Positions 1 to 13,315 of a stretch of 64,000 nucleotides of DNA are shown here, piece after piece. The translations under genes and the position numbers were made by a program. Where the stretch lies: contig NC_087436.1 in the NCBI RefSeq assembly GCF_036321535.1, positions 67,334,001 through 67,398,000 on the forward strand, written 5' to 3'. Every line of letters starts with the position of its first letter. Position 1 is the stretch's first letter. Source of the DNA: Camelus dromedarius (Eukaryota). The notes below the pieces were generated by a model that did not search any database, was not told the DNA's origin, and saw nothing but the letters and a program-made list of their open reading frames with translations.

Positions 1-784
1 TGTATAGTGTGAGGGAGTGTTCTAACTTCATTGATTTACATGCGGCTGTCCAGCTTTCCCAACATCATTTACCTAAGAGACTGTCTTTTCTCTATTGTAT
101 ATTCTTGCCTTCTTTGTCAAAGATTAATTGACTATAGGTGTGTGCGCTTATTTCTGGGCTCTCTATTCTGTTCCGTTGATCCATATGTCTGTTTTTGTGC
201 CAATACCATGCTATTTTGATTACTGTAGCTCTGTAATATTGTCTGAAGTCTGGGAGGATTATTTCTTCAGCTTTATTCTTTTACTTCAGTATTGCTTTGG
301 CAATTCTGGGTCCTTTGTGATTCCGTATAAATTTTAGGATTATTTGTTCTAGTTCTGTGAAAAATATCCTGGGTAATTTGATAGGGATCACGTTAAATCT
401 ATAGATTGCTTTGGGTAGTCTGGCCATTTCAGGCAATATTAATTCTTCCAATCCACGAGTATGGGGTATCATTTAATTTCTTTTAATTATCTTTAATTTC
501 CATAATCAATGTTTTATAGTTCTCCATGTGTAAGTCTTTTACTTCCTTGGTCAGGTTTATTCCTAAATACTTTGTTTTTGTTTTTGTTTTTGTTTTTTGA
601 TGCAATTTTAAAAGGGATTTTTTTTTTTTACTTTTCTTTTCTGAAATTTCATTAGTTAGTGTAAAAAAATGCAACAGATTTCTCTGTGTTAATCTTGTAT
701 CCTGCTACCTTGCTGAATTCATTTACTAGCTCTAGTAGATTTTTGTGGAGTCTTTAGGGTTTTTCTGTATATAGTATCATGCAG
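1..784 (-). mobile_element. LINE-1 ORF2 fragment (post-RT region), 5'-truncated, running off the window start
   Basis: Minus-strand ORFs give [38 protein letters not shown] and KYLGINLTKEVKDLHMENYKTL, typical of L1 ORF2p; frameshifted, with a (TTTTTG)n expansion at ~571-598. Confidence 0.95.
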
Positions 785-939
785 TAGGTTCTTAGTGAAA
801 TATCCATTTTTGTTTCAAAAATTAAGTTACATATATATTTTTCATATTAAATAATATTGAATAAAAATACACATTTCCAAGGCTAGCAAGAAAGCAACAC
901 CCTCTTCTACCTTATTAAAACAACTCTGCTTTTGCAATA

Positions 940-1306
940 TGACTGGTTCTAAGGGATGGATCTTAATGGAAGTCAAAGAGGAAAACTCTGTTTCACATTT
1001 CCCCAACTTCAGTTGCAGCTAAGGTTGGACATATGGTACAGATCAGGCTAATGTGACTAAACAGAAGCTCACTCTGGGGAACTTTGGGGAACTAGGAAAA
1101 CATCTGGCTTCTGGAAAAACATTTTATTTTCTCTAAAAAATGTGTGGATACCAGTGGAGTCTACTTTCTTTCTTCCTGCCTTGAAGATAGAATAATGACT
1201 GGATATGCAGGAGCCATATTATGACCATATGGGAAAGGCCAGAGCATCAGTTAATGTTGGATGTGATATTAATTCTTTGCAGCCAAATACATTCTTAATC
1301 AGTACA
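940..1306 (+). mobile_element. Ancient ERVL-MaLR solo LTR (MLT1J/K/L-like)
   Basis: MLT1-type blocks ttgcagctaagg..atgtgactaa and ggagccatattatgaccat, and terminus gcagccaaatacattcttaatcagtaca; left edge uncertain. Confidence 0.55.
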
Positions 1307-1416
1307 AAGAAATACGGGCAACTTAGTTCTACTCCTTAAAAAGGCTAATGAATAAGAAAACAGAATCACCTTGAATCTATAATAAAAGTTAAACTTAAAG
1401 AACAGAATCAATTTTG

Positions 1417-1713
1417 TGTGGACCTTTTAGGGTTTTCTATACATAGTATCATGTCATCTGCATATAGTGACACTTTTGCCTCTTCTTTTCCAATTTGGAT
1501 CCCTTTTATTTCTCTCTCTTGCCTGATTGCTGTGGCTAGGACTTCCAAGACTATGTTGAATAGGAGTGGTGATAGTGGGCAGCCTTGTCTTGTCCCAGAT
1601 TTTAGTGGGAAGCTTTTGGGTTTTTCACCGTTCAGTACTATGCTGGCTGTAGGTTTGTCATATATAGCTTTTATTATGTTGAGATAAGTTCCCTCTATAC
1701 CCACTTTGGTGAG
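1417..1713 (-). mobile_element. Short internal LINE-1 ORF2 (RT core) insertion with 15-bp TSD and no poly(A)
   Basis: Open frame [49 protein letters not shown]; flanked by identical acagaatcaattttg at 1402-1416 and 1714-1728. Confidence 0.95.
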
Positions 1714-1989
1714 ACAGAATCAATTTTGAATGTTTGACAAATAAAAATAGGTTATGATAAACTTAACTAAGTTGTTACAGCTTTTGTAATGGGAAGAAGA
1801 AAGTAAGCATTGTTTTTTGCCCTGTTAACGCTTGAAATTTTGTATTTCATAACAATTTTGAGGCTTTTTTCATTATGTGAAATCATGGTGAACTCTAGCT
1901 GCTCATACAAAAGAAAGCTTGATGTGAAAGAATAGAGAAAATGAGGGCAGTTACTGGCCATCTGCAGTTTGTATGTATTAGCAGCTACA

Positions 1990-2200
1990 CATGCATTTAT
2001 TGACATACGATAAATATTTATTTCATGTCAAATTTGTGCCAGATGCTATGTAAGGTATCAGACATAAAAGTTGGAAGAAAAATCATTCATCGATACCTTC
2101 AAGAAGTACTATCTGGAAAGAGAGGCAGTTATTCAGAGCAGAGAGGACATAGAAATCAAAACTTAGAAAAAACTGCAAAAGGTCATGGGCTAGGGAAGGT
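1990..2200 (-). mobile_element. L2 LINE 3' fragment
   Basis: tttattgac..aatatttatt..tgtgccagatgctatgtaagg..cttcaagaagtactatctgg resembles the reverse complement of the L2 3' end. Confidence 0.5.
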
Positions 2201-2889
2201 ACTTCAATTGTATAATTGTGTAAATCTTTCTAGTGAGTGATGTGTAAAGTAAAAAAAAAAAAGGGAAATAAATAAAGAAAGGAAAAACAAACAAACTTAG
2301 CTCTCTTAAGAGCTATGAAGAGGCCAGATCCTTAGAAATTTATGGTGCTATGTTTCCAAAATTCCTCATCATATGTACTTCATTATGCTAGCTCGCCATG
2401 ATGCTAAGTGAAAGTGTACCATGATCAATTACGTTAGGGAAATGCTACATGTTACATAACTCTTTTGGGGTAACTATTATATAAAAAAAAATCTAAATCT
2501 CACCAGTTTTACGTATTTAGTCAGTATTTTTCAAATATTGAATCATAGAACAGTTTATTTTCTAATAACATCTATTTATATGGAACACTAGGTTACAAAA
2601 GGTAGTTGTATTTTATAAAGAGCATTTTGATGTCAATTTGAAGGAAGTGTTGAAGAAAAGACCAGTAACAACAATTTCATTCATTAACAGTGCTCTAGCC
2701 AAAATGAGGAATGATGAAATTATACATTAGAACAATGTTGGAAAAGATCAACAATTTGGGACATATTTAGTCCTTTATAATACAAACTATCCATATTTTT
2801 ATTTTTCACTCTTTCTTCTAAGAAACTAAGATAATGTTAATTTTAGTGAGTAGAAGAACTATATTCAGATGTTTCCCACTCCATCTTCT

Positions 2890-3522
2890 TTTGTTCTTTT
2901 AATTTTATTTTTTATTGAAGTATAATTGATTTACAGTGTTACTTTCAGGTGTACAGCAAAGCAATGCAGTTATACATATACTCACACATATATATCTACT
3001 TTTCAGATTCTTTTCCATTGCATGTTATTACAAAAATTGATTATAGTTCCCTGTGCTAACTGTAGGTCCTTGTTGTTTATCTGTTTTATATATAGTAGTG
3101 TGTATATGTTAATATCAAACTCGTAATTTATCCCTCCCCCAGTCCCTTTTCCCTTTGGTAATCATAGTTTATTTTCTGTGTCCATGAGTCTGTTTTGAGT
3201 TTGTAAATAGGATTTGTATCATTTTTTTTAGATTCCACATTTAAGTGATATTATATGATATTTATCTTTCTTTGTCTGACTTACTTCACTGAATATGATA
3301 ATATCTAGGTCCATTCATGTTGCTGCAAATGGCATTATTTCTTCTTTTTCATGGCTGAGTAATATTCCATTGTATGTATATACCACATATTCTTTATCAA
3401 GTCATCTGTCACTGAAAATTTAGGTTGTTTTCCTATCTTGGCTATTGTAAATAGTGCTTCTATGAACACTATGGTGCATGTATCTTTTCAAATTTTAGTT
3501 TCCCCTGATATATGCCCAGAAT
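2890..3522 (-). mobile_element. LINE-1 3' end (ORF2 C-terminus plus 3' UTR), cetartiodactyl type, 5'-truncated
   Basis: T-rich tail then tttattgaagtataattgatttacagtgtt..aatattccattgtatgtatataccacat..ttggctattgtaaatagtgct; probable degraded TSD ccactcc(atc)ttct at 2876-2889 and 3523-3533, followed by AA (endonuclease-type site). Confidence 0.9.
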
Positions 3523-5769
3523 CCACTCCTTCTAAAGCCCAAATGAAGTTGAGGTAAAAACTACTTTGAAAAGATAGAAATAGACATATAAGACAAGAAT
3601 ATATTAAACTATTGAAATAGAAAACTTGATTTTTATTTTTCATTCTGCCTGTTTTATTTCAGATTATGTTTACATAGACTGGTTTTCAGGTAAGGAAAAG
3701 CAATTTCAATATATTTTTGAAAACATAAGAGATTTGGGTAGAGCAAATACTTGGGACTTATAAAGGAAGTGTGATTTTTGGTAAAAACATAGCCAACAGA
3801 TACTACAGATCAATCTCGTTTTATAAATAGAAGGTCAAATATACCAAATTTGAGTGCCAGAGAATAAATACTAATATTTGGATGATTAAAATAAGAAAAT
3901 AATGTTCATTGAGCAAAATGAATATGGAAATGTGTCCCAAAATAACTCTATGTGGTATCTACAAAAGTAAAATGAGAGAGATCTGAGAAAAGAGAGGAAA
4001 CACAGGACTAATAGAATGGGTGGCATTATCTAGAAATCTCCAGAGATCTTTCTGAGGATTGTATTGAAACAGGGTATATATGCACATCCAGTATTCATTT
4101 TTATTTCCAATAGAAAATTGAGATAAATGAGCATGGAGTTAAGATGCTCATACTCTCAATAAATGAGTATAGTTTGCCATGCACAAATAACAGGAATGAG
4201 TTATGTCTATTTAACAGTTAATAATATTCTTAAGTGGTTCAAAGTTGATTTAATTAAATCCCAGAAGAGGTGATGTATAAATATTGTTTTCATGTCAGGC
4301 AAAAGAAAAGATCACATAGTTTACCCAATCATTAACAGTGTAATAGAAAAATTTATAAAATGACTGAAAGAAAATATTATGGGAATGAGAGTTTTTTAAT
4401 TCATTTGAGGGAGAGTAATATGGGCATGTCAAATAAAATTAAGGCTGAATAAATATCAATAGGTGTGAATTGAGTGTGGGTAAATTGATCTTTCCAGAGC
4501 AATAGTTTGACATAAATCTAACTGAAAAAAAAATCTTATGACTGTGTCCTAATTATGTACTATAGAACATTCCAAACTATTCCTAATATGGTTGATGACT
4601 TCACACTGTGGTTAGCAGAATGGGTTCTGGAATGTTTCTTTACTTTCAGACTAAGAGATTTCAAAGAGGACTACAGAATGCTTTAGGAAAGGCTTCCTTG
4701 TCTTCTGTTGTGCTGTCTTCTAAAGAGAACATTTCTCAGGGGCTCTTGGCGAGCTCAGCAACCACTCTCTACTATATTTACTCAGACCTAATACCTTTTT
4801 TCCTCTTCAGTAGGTACGGTGGTAATCAGTACTGCAGCACTTCTACTATCTTTTGCTGTCTCTTGTAATGGAGGCTCAGTAGGAAATATCATAGCCAGTC
4901 TTCATTGGGCAGTAGGGGTTGTATTTCTCACTCAAGGCCAATTATTCTGCTTTTCAGTTGTAGTTCGTAAAAGCCATGCTGATAATTTAAATTTTGTTAT
5001 TTTAGTTTTAGTGATTTATTTTTAAAGTTAAACCATAAGAAGATACAACTGAACGTTTCTATACAATTTCACATTGTTGTTGTTGTTATTATTATTGTTA
5101 TTAAATATCATTTATCTGTGCTTCTGTTTTGTTCCTGATCATATGCAATGTAACGTACCTGAAAGGCTTATTTAATCCCTCTATACTTCATGAAGTGAAA
5201 ATTATTACTATTACCGTTTAGAATTACTAGCTATTATTACCAAAAGAAAAAAGAAGTCAAGACTTTTTATAGCATGCCATGTGTCAAAAGCATTAAGTGA
5301 GAGAACAAGAAATGAACCTAAGTCTGATTGATATGTCAAAATAAGAACAAAAACAACCTGTACTCTTAAAAAGATGTAAGGATCAAGGAAATGAGGAGAA
5401 AACAATCAGGATCAAGACTGCTTTTACACTGATTTGTGAAAAATAGCCTATCCAGTTTTTTTAGAACAGATATCCTAGAACTCTCATGGCTTCCAGTACT
5501 TGCATTTGATTTTGACCGTAAGTTTGAGATTAGAGAACAATATTCTTAATTTAAGCTTCTTCAGATGCAGTTAATCATCTATAATCTCCTCTATAAATTT
5601 TCTAGTAAAATACTCATGCAGTAAAATAAAGCTGGTTTTATTTTTACTTTGGCCTTTTTACAATTTTGAATAAATATTGGGAAAAACACCTAAAATATAT
5701 CTCAAAACTTACTTAGATGTTTATAAGTGAAAATGCAGGCAATATGCATCCCGTATTCTGGAGATGGAC

Positions 5770-5975
5770 CAACTGGGCTCAAGTAATATCCGTTACTTCT
5801 AGCTCTGTGACCTCAAGCAAGATATTTAACCTCTCTAAAAGCCCATTTCCTAATTTTCAAAATGGTAAAGTCTTGTAGCCACTGAGAGTGTTATATAAGT
5901 TAACATATGTATTGCACTGTAGCAGCACATGGCAAACAGGTAAGCCCTCAAATGTATTAACTGTTACTATTATCA
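5770..5975 (+). mobile_element. MIR SINE
   Basis: Core ctagctctgtgacctcaagcaagatatttaacctctct..tttcctaattttcaaaatgg and tail ggtaagccctcaaatgtattaactgttactatt. Confidence 0.75.
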
Positions 5976-6920
5976 TGTATGACACAGACAGACACAATAT
6001 AGAGATTTTAAAATAAAAATGCACTTAAACAATGTATCCATTCCACACATTAATGTTTTATCCTTGATTGCAATATAAACAATTTATGAAGAAAAAAATT
6101 CTACAGAAGTGATAAATGAAATATCTAAAGCCACTTGGAAACTTAAGGGTAACATCTAGCCATCTTATATGTAATATAAAGGCATTCATTTAATCTAAAA
6201 CAGACACACACACATACATATATGACAGGATTAAGACAGAACTTTAAGAAACAGGTGTCCATCACGCCTAATCTGAATGTCAGAAACCACCACAAGGATC
6301 TATTAGCCGTTTCAGAACTGTATCTGTGTTCACCATCACTCAACAGGTAAATAACTCCAATTTACTTACTTTCTGAATGGTTCATGAAAAAGTCTTTTAC
6401 AATATGTTACTCCCTTTACACTGACTATTTGATAAATGAAGATTGAATACTAATAATAAATTATTAACTTCTATGTGATAAAGTATCTCAAATGCTATTG
6501 AACAAGCAGTGCTGAGGTCTATATGATTACTTAATCAGATCTTGGGATTGTTGAGAACTCCAATAAAATGAAATTATCTATGTTTTACATCTTAATACAC
6601 AGCGGTTTCTTCCTAGTGTAGCCATTTCAAGCAGAGGTGATTTGCGGCCATTAATTAGATAATTGAGCATAAAGCAGGCCCTTTTCCCCCAAAGGAAAAG
6701 GCTTAATTTTCAGATATTCAGTAGCCGTTGTCCATTTGTTGTATTTGTGATTTGAGTTGAAATTCCTACCAATTAATTAGCTGTGTTACTCTGTGGTAAA
6801 ACAATCACTAATCACAGTTCTTCACAAAATCACAAAACTTTGAAGATTGAAGATGTAAAGAATATAAAATCATAAATAGTCACAATTTATAAATCACCAA
6901 TTTCCAAGAATCTCACAGAT

Positions 6921-7336
6921 ACTGCATTAGTTTGTATAGTTTAGGCTACAGGGTAGCAAATACAGACCAGAATTTCAGTGGCTTACTACAGAATGTCTGT
7001 GCAGGTGGGCAGGACACTGGGGTCTACTCACAAAATCTTTCAGGTACTCAATTTGTTAGACATTTTGCCATCTTTAGCATTGGTTTCCTGTATCAGCCTG
7101 TTCTTATCTGCATAATCAAGCCTAAGTTGTCATGTCAGCTTTCAGTTGTGGAAAGAGGGAGAATGCATGGGAGATTTTTATGTTCCACTGTGGAAGCAGC
7201 ACTTACTATTTCTTCTCAAATGCATTGGCCTGGATTCAGTCCCAAGGCCACACCTGCAGTGCAACCTGGGAAATATAGCATGGCCGTGCACCTTGAAGAA
7301 AAGGACATGTATTTTATGAAGTATAGAAATCATTGT
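6921..7336 (-). mobile_element. ERVL-MaLR solo LTR (MLT1J/K-like)
   Basis: tttcagtggcttactacag..cattggcctggattcagtcccaaggccacacct..ctgggaaatatag are MLT1-type blocks. Confidence 0.65.
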
Positions 7337-10300
7337 TGGAGAATGTATTTATCTGAATACACCCATGAAAGGAAGGGATGTAAATAGCCTATTGATGTAA
7401 AGGATAAAATAACTTTAAGTATAAGAGTGAACAGAAGTAGACCTAATTAGAGAAATATGCACTCACTGTCATCACCTGGGTTCACTTCAGCCTGGCAGGG
7501 TCAGTTTTATAAGTGTTTCCATATGCCTTAGCCTCTGCTGCTTCTCTTCTATCACCAGTTTTAGTAAAATGTGAAAACTAGTAAAGGGAGAATAGGGTCC
7601 TGACTTTGCATGGAGGCAACCACCCTCCCTTTGAAATTTTCCATATGCCAGGCATACATTCAGCTTAGAGCCTCAACTTTTTCCTCTGGTCAGTAGTCCC
7701 TAGATTGTAAAATAATAAATATTTGATAAATGTACCAGAATTACCACTGATGAACACAGGTTTTGTGGAAAAAGTACTGACATTGAACTCTCACATAAAG
7801 ATCAACCTAGATCATACATCCATGGAAGGGGTCAAGAGACCCCAAAAGGAAAATAACATTATTAGTTATTTTGGGAAGACCTTGATGTAGGATTGGAGGA
7901 TGAAACTTTGGATGGATTCCTTGGACAAATAAGAGATTAATAATGGAAGCTTTGGAGAGCACTGCTCCATTCTTTGAATTCAGAGGGTAGGAGCAACTCC
8001 AGCCTGAGATGGAGGATACAGAGAATCAGCCAATGGTAGATGGTTATCATCAGCAGAGAGAGAAATAAAGTGGACATGAGGGATGTGATTCTGAGTGTTT
8101 ATGGCGGAATCTCTCAGAAACAAAGGATACAGTTATGGAAAAGCAAATTTCTAACAATAAACTTGAGAGAACTCGTACCATGATAATTTGTATCATAGGA
8201 AATTTCTCAAGTATTATAACACATAATTTAATATTAAGTATTATAATCTCTAGTCATGGTCTCTATTTCCTGAAATATTCTTTCAAATAATAAAATACAG
8301 CACCCTCGTATATTTTTTTTAAAGTTTTAATTTCAAAAGTGATTTTTGCTTAATATTTTGAGGTTTTTTTTAATCTATTGTAAATTAATTGACCACTTGA
8401 TTAACTTTTGTGCTAAGGATTATTTGTCTTTTTTAGAAGTGGATATATTTAGCCTATAAAATTTTTTTAAAAGACAAACAGATTGTCCAGATTTTAAGAT
8501 ACAAAAGGGTTCTTAGAAATTAAATGGAATTCTGTGGAAAAAACAAAATAATTTTTATAAAGTGACACAGTAGTCTAGAAGACCTGTAATATGCAGAAAG
8601 AGTTAACACTATGCTTTAGATTATTTTAAGTAAGACTGCTGAAGTATGCCAATTATGAATGTCTAATAATAAAAAAAAATCATTGAGGTCTAGTCTCATT
8701 AAATGTGGGGTTAAATCACCTAATGATAACTCCTTAGTTTTGTATAGAACTCTGCACCTTTATTTTGTGCAGGGCTCTACAGATTCTTTGATGAGTTGAT
8801 TATTACAATTACCTAATATAATTATGAAGTTGATATTACTATAAAAAACAGCTTCTACATATAAAGAAAAGAGCCTACATGACAAATAAAACCTGCTTAA
8901 TATTAAAAACAAATACATGCGGAGAGAGACACACATCAAAAACAAAAAAAGAAAACAAATATGAGTAGAGAACAAAGGATAAGAACAACAACAAATAAGC
9001 AAGCCTCCTGATGTGCAGCTCAGCGTTCTTTTCATTGTGCACTATTTCAGACACATGATCTGATGTGTCTAAGTCAGACCTAGAGCTTCCTGGATGCTCT
9101 ACAGGATCCCAGAGCTTAACAGTTCAAAATTGTACTTCTTATCTAAGCTTTTTAACTTCCTCTTCCTTTTGTATTTCTATATCAACACTGGTCCCACTCA
9201 TTTACCTCTCCAAAATGCACATTTTGACCTAGCCTTCTACTGCATTCTATCAGCCTTAAAGTTATGTCATTTCTACCTCTGAAGATCTTCTCAAAAGGAA
9301 ATTATTGTGATATTATTGCAATATTATTACAATATATGAAAGAAAGTGAACTAAAACAATGAACATAGTGAGGACAGAACAGAGTAATAGATGCTCTCAC
9401 CCTCTGCATCTCCGCAGCAAGTAAACAAAAAACAAAAAACAAAAAAGAAAGAAAGAAGAAAAACAAGAGGAAAATGCTCTAAGTGCCAAAAACTGTAATG
9501 ATAAAAATAACATGTAGTTATTGTGAATGAAATTAAGATCTTGTCCAGGGGTCCTGAGTCCTTTACCTGGAAAAAAAGCTGCAGCTAACCTATGCCTGGG
9601 GCTGCTGGAGGTAGAACTTGTAGGTAGAACTTGAGCTAAATTGCTTCATGATAAGGTGATTGGCCCTGTAATGTATGTATGTTCGATATCACTATGGGAT
9701 GGGAGTAACAAGCCTTCATTTAAAAAAAAATGAAAAATTCCACACAATCACAATGTGTTGATAGATCAAAGGGAACAACAAAAAAAGTTTAAAAATGTAC
9801 TAAATGAACTTGCAAACTAAAATTCTAATACATGTAAGGAAAGATAATAAACAAAATCAATAAGCATTCTTAGACAAAATGAAAGTAATGGACCAGTCTG
9901 AAAATGAGTAAATCAGAATCAATATACAATTAGTTTTTAGTCACCATAACTATTTTTATTCCTGTATTCTGTAATACACTTTTGTGGACCAGATGAGTTT
10001 TGAAAACTTTTTTAGAGGATGGTATATATTCATATGGAGGCATTATTTGTTTTTTTCACATTGAATATTTTCTTCATTATACTGTGGAATAAACCTTACT
10101 CTTCTTTTTTCTTATAACTTTCCTTTGTCTCAACTAAAGGATTAAGTATCACATGCAGCATCAGGAAATTTATTACTAAATATACAATTCATCTTATTTG
10201 GAAAGATTACCATAGTTGCTGCTGAATTTACTCAAGGAAAATTAACTTTTAGTGATATTAAATGAAAATTGAAATCAGAGAAGCAAACATATCAAATGCC

Positions 10301-10359
10301 AATTGTACTTTGGATTTACAGTGTCAACCTACACGTTACTTTGAATAGAGGATAATACA

Positions 10360-10575
10360 GGTATTTGAGCATTCAGTAAACCTGATGTCCAATCATGGTT
10401 CTTGAACTCAAATCACATGACTGAATAAGTTGTTACAGCTTCCTGTATGTCAATTGAAAATGAATTTTCTCAGGTATAAAGTAGATGTGGGGATTGCATC
10501 AGATAATGTGTGTAAGGTAGTTTTAAAATTGCCTGACACTTCCTAGCTGCTTTATAAATAGTAGTATTTATTGCA
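10360..10575 (+). mobile_element. MIR SINE
   Basis: gtggggattgcatcagataatgtgtgtaagg..tgcctgacac..ataaatagtagtattt matches the MIR 3' half. Confidence 0.6.
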
Positions 10576-11129
10576 GATATTTTATTATGTTTGTGATTAT
10601 TATCTTAATCTTGCTGCCTGCTGAAATATGCATATAATTTTTCTTTGATTTGTTTTCAATATTAAATACAAAATTTTACCTTTAAAAAATATGTTTAGTA
10701 ACCTGTATTCTTCTGAGCATTGACATAACATTAAGAGGTACTGTAGGTAAAGAGGTTGACTCCCCTACAATTCAGTCCAGCACTGTTTGAGAAAAAAAAA
10801 AAGTGTATGTGTTGATTTTCTACATGAAATCAGGCATTGGCCTTAAAATACAGGGCTTACTGTGCTTTGTCCACATGGTAGTACTGGATTTCTTAATATT
10901 GAACCAGCTAGATATAATGTATATGCTTTAGATCCATTGAAAGAGGATACAGATTCACGTAACATTTAATACTGGCTCATATTAAGAAATTGATTCATTA
11001 TTAAGAAACATGTATAAAATTTGCAACCACCACTTCTAAACATTGTTTACTTATCTTTGAAATCCATTTACATCACATCATATCACATCATTTCAAAAAT
11101 CTATGTCCTGGTTAATCAAATTTTAGGGA

Positions 11130-11340
11130 AAGTTTTTATTTACTTAAAAATGTGTCCAGGACCTGTTCTGTTTAGTAAACACTGTGTTTGGTAGCAAAAC
11201 GTAGTGGTGACAACAGAGATTTAGTCCTTGCCCGCAGGGAGCTTATAGGCCAGAAAGATGACATGTGAACATAATGGTACTGTGTTTTAAAGAAGTTCAG
11301 TGTGATATGGGACTAGAGCAGGAGAATCTAAATCAGATTA
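11130..11340 (-). mobile_element. L2 LINE 3' fragment
   Basis: acactgtgtttgg..gacaacagagatttagtccttgcccgcagggagcttata is the reverse complement of the L2 3' end. Confidence 0.6.
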
Positions 11341-13239
11341 TGCAACTGTTTATGTTTTAAAATAAAGTATTATTATTTTCATATTGCATTATTCTTCTAA
11401 TACATTTCAATGTAATGTATATTTAATATTTTATTATTCTCAAGACATTCCTATATTACAGTAGCAAATGGAAAGAAATATTTTAGCTTTAAGTTTACTG
11501 CTAGTGATAATTATTCAATAAGTTTAAGGTACGTTAATGGATAATGCACCATCAGTTGGTTTGCACAAAAGCGTGCATATACCTTATTGTTTCAGGTTTC
11601 CACACTGAGACAGTAGGTGTGCCTCTTACAAAAGTCTGTATATAGTAATTCCATAGACAATTTTGTAGTTTGTATGAACATTATGTCTCAACTATTACAG
11701 CTTTACTTAAGTTCCTGATGATGTCATGACTTTTCCAGGTTAGAATACTGAAAATCAGGTCCTCTGTAATTGTTGTCTGAAATCACTGACTTAGAAGAAG
11801 GCTATTTGATTCTAAATCATTGAGGCTAGGTCAATTGGCTCATCCTGAAATTTAAAAATGTTTTTCTAGGTTAGTATGGAGTTAAGAACACCTAGTGAGA
11901 ATATACAATAGTTCTAGGAAATGAGAATAATCTGGTGAACTTTTAAAAGACGAGTTTATTCTAGGACTGCTCCTAAAAGACAGTTTTTCTAGAATGGATC
12001 TTATCTGAAAAGCTGCTGTCATTTAGTTCTCAATGTGGCATCTTTTTTGTTTAATTGTTTATAATCTTTTCCAATTTATTCTTGTCTTAAAAAAGCAGAA
12101 ACTCCTTACTTAGTAGCTTTTATGTCTTTCTTCTGTTAAACTTGCCTCTTACAATCTGCAAAAAGCTAGTGCGTAAAAGAGTGTTCACAGTTTGTATGTA
12201 AAATTGATTCTTTAAAATTACATTTGACCTGAATTGGAGAGTTTGAAAGGCGGTGATTGGATATGTGAGTCTAAAATTAATGTGTTCATGTTAGTTTGGA
12301 CTTTAAATTTTAACTATGCCTGCTATATTCAGTGTAAAAGCCAACAATAACAAAAACAAACAAAAAAAGAAAAGTACTTTATTTATGGTTGGAAGTATGA
12401 AGCAGATAGTACTCTCTAAAATAGTAACATTTTACGAACACCCAAAATTCTTGTCATTTAATGTGAATGCCTTTATCCCATAGCTGTTTAGTTATGTGAT
12501 ACATAGAATTAGATTCATATTAAATGGCTCAAGATTTCTGAGATTTCTGTGTTATGAATGTAGGAAAGACATAAGAAATGTGTTTTAATAGGGATGAAAT
12601 AAAGTTTAAATTTCCCCGGCCAGTTCTAAGTGAAAAACAAAACAAAACCTTAAACTACCACCTATACACATTTCTGGAACTATCCTGGTGTTCTCAACAT
12701 ATTCCATTCCTATCACAGTAAATCCATTCTTGGTTAACTCCTCATTCTTTTAGCAATTAACACAATTTATCAAGTCTTGAATATGCAACAAAAATAACCC
12801 TTGACAGATTTTTCTCCATCCTGGTTATGAAACCAGGCTTCATTTTTCCATATGGCATTCTAACTGCTGGCACAATTGTTTTATTTCAGTTGGCATTGAC
12901 TGCCCTATTACTGTCTTCCCTTGCCTCTTCTTATCAGTGCATGTCCAAATTAACCACTTTTGCCACTTAAAGCAGAATTATTTAGTCATTACATTTTTAA
13001 AATGACAAGAACTTTTGAGCAATTGAGTAAGTTTTAAGCAAAGAACTGAAATTAGATGTAGGCTGAATGATAATCCTATTACATAAACACAGTATGAAAG
13101 TATCTACATTTAGTGCCTAAAATGTATAAAACTTTTTTGATTGCCACAGCCTCTATCTTGCATTGTTAACATAAAAAAGTTGAATGTAAAGAATAGGAGA
13201 ATTGCAGAGGAGGTATGAATTTCATCCAGTCCTGTTGAA

Positions 13240-13315
13240 AGCCAGCTGTCTAACCAATGGTAAACCACACAGCCCTTCTGTGTCTCAGTTTACTTAATGT
13301 ACAATGAGTGTACTT
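13240..13315 (+). mobile_element. MIR core fragment
   Basis: cccttctgtgtctcagtttacttaatgtacaatgag. Confidence 0.45.

Noticed and set aside
1418..1687. Plus-strand ORFs over L1 pieces (also 31-219 and 128-337)
   Set aside because: Antisense shadow frames of L1 ORF2
6932..7387. Longest ORF in the track (151 aa)
   Set aside because: Lies almost wholly within an MLT1-like LTR, has a non-ATG start and no recognisable domain
9047..9072. Short 8-bp hairpins (also near 4128-4152, 17388-17415, 36226-36248)
   Set aside because: Expected by chance in AT-rich sequence; no ncRNA context
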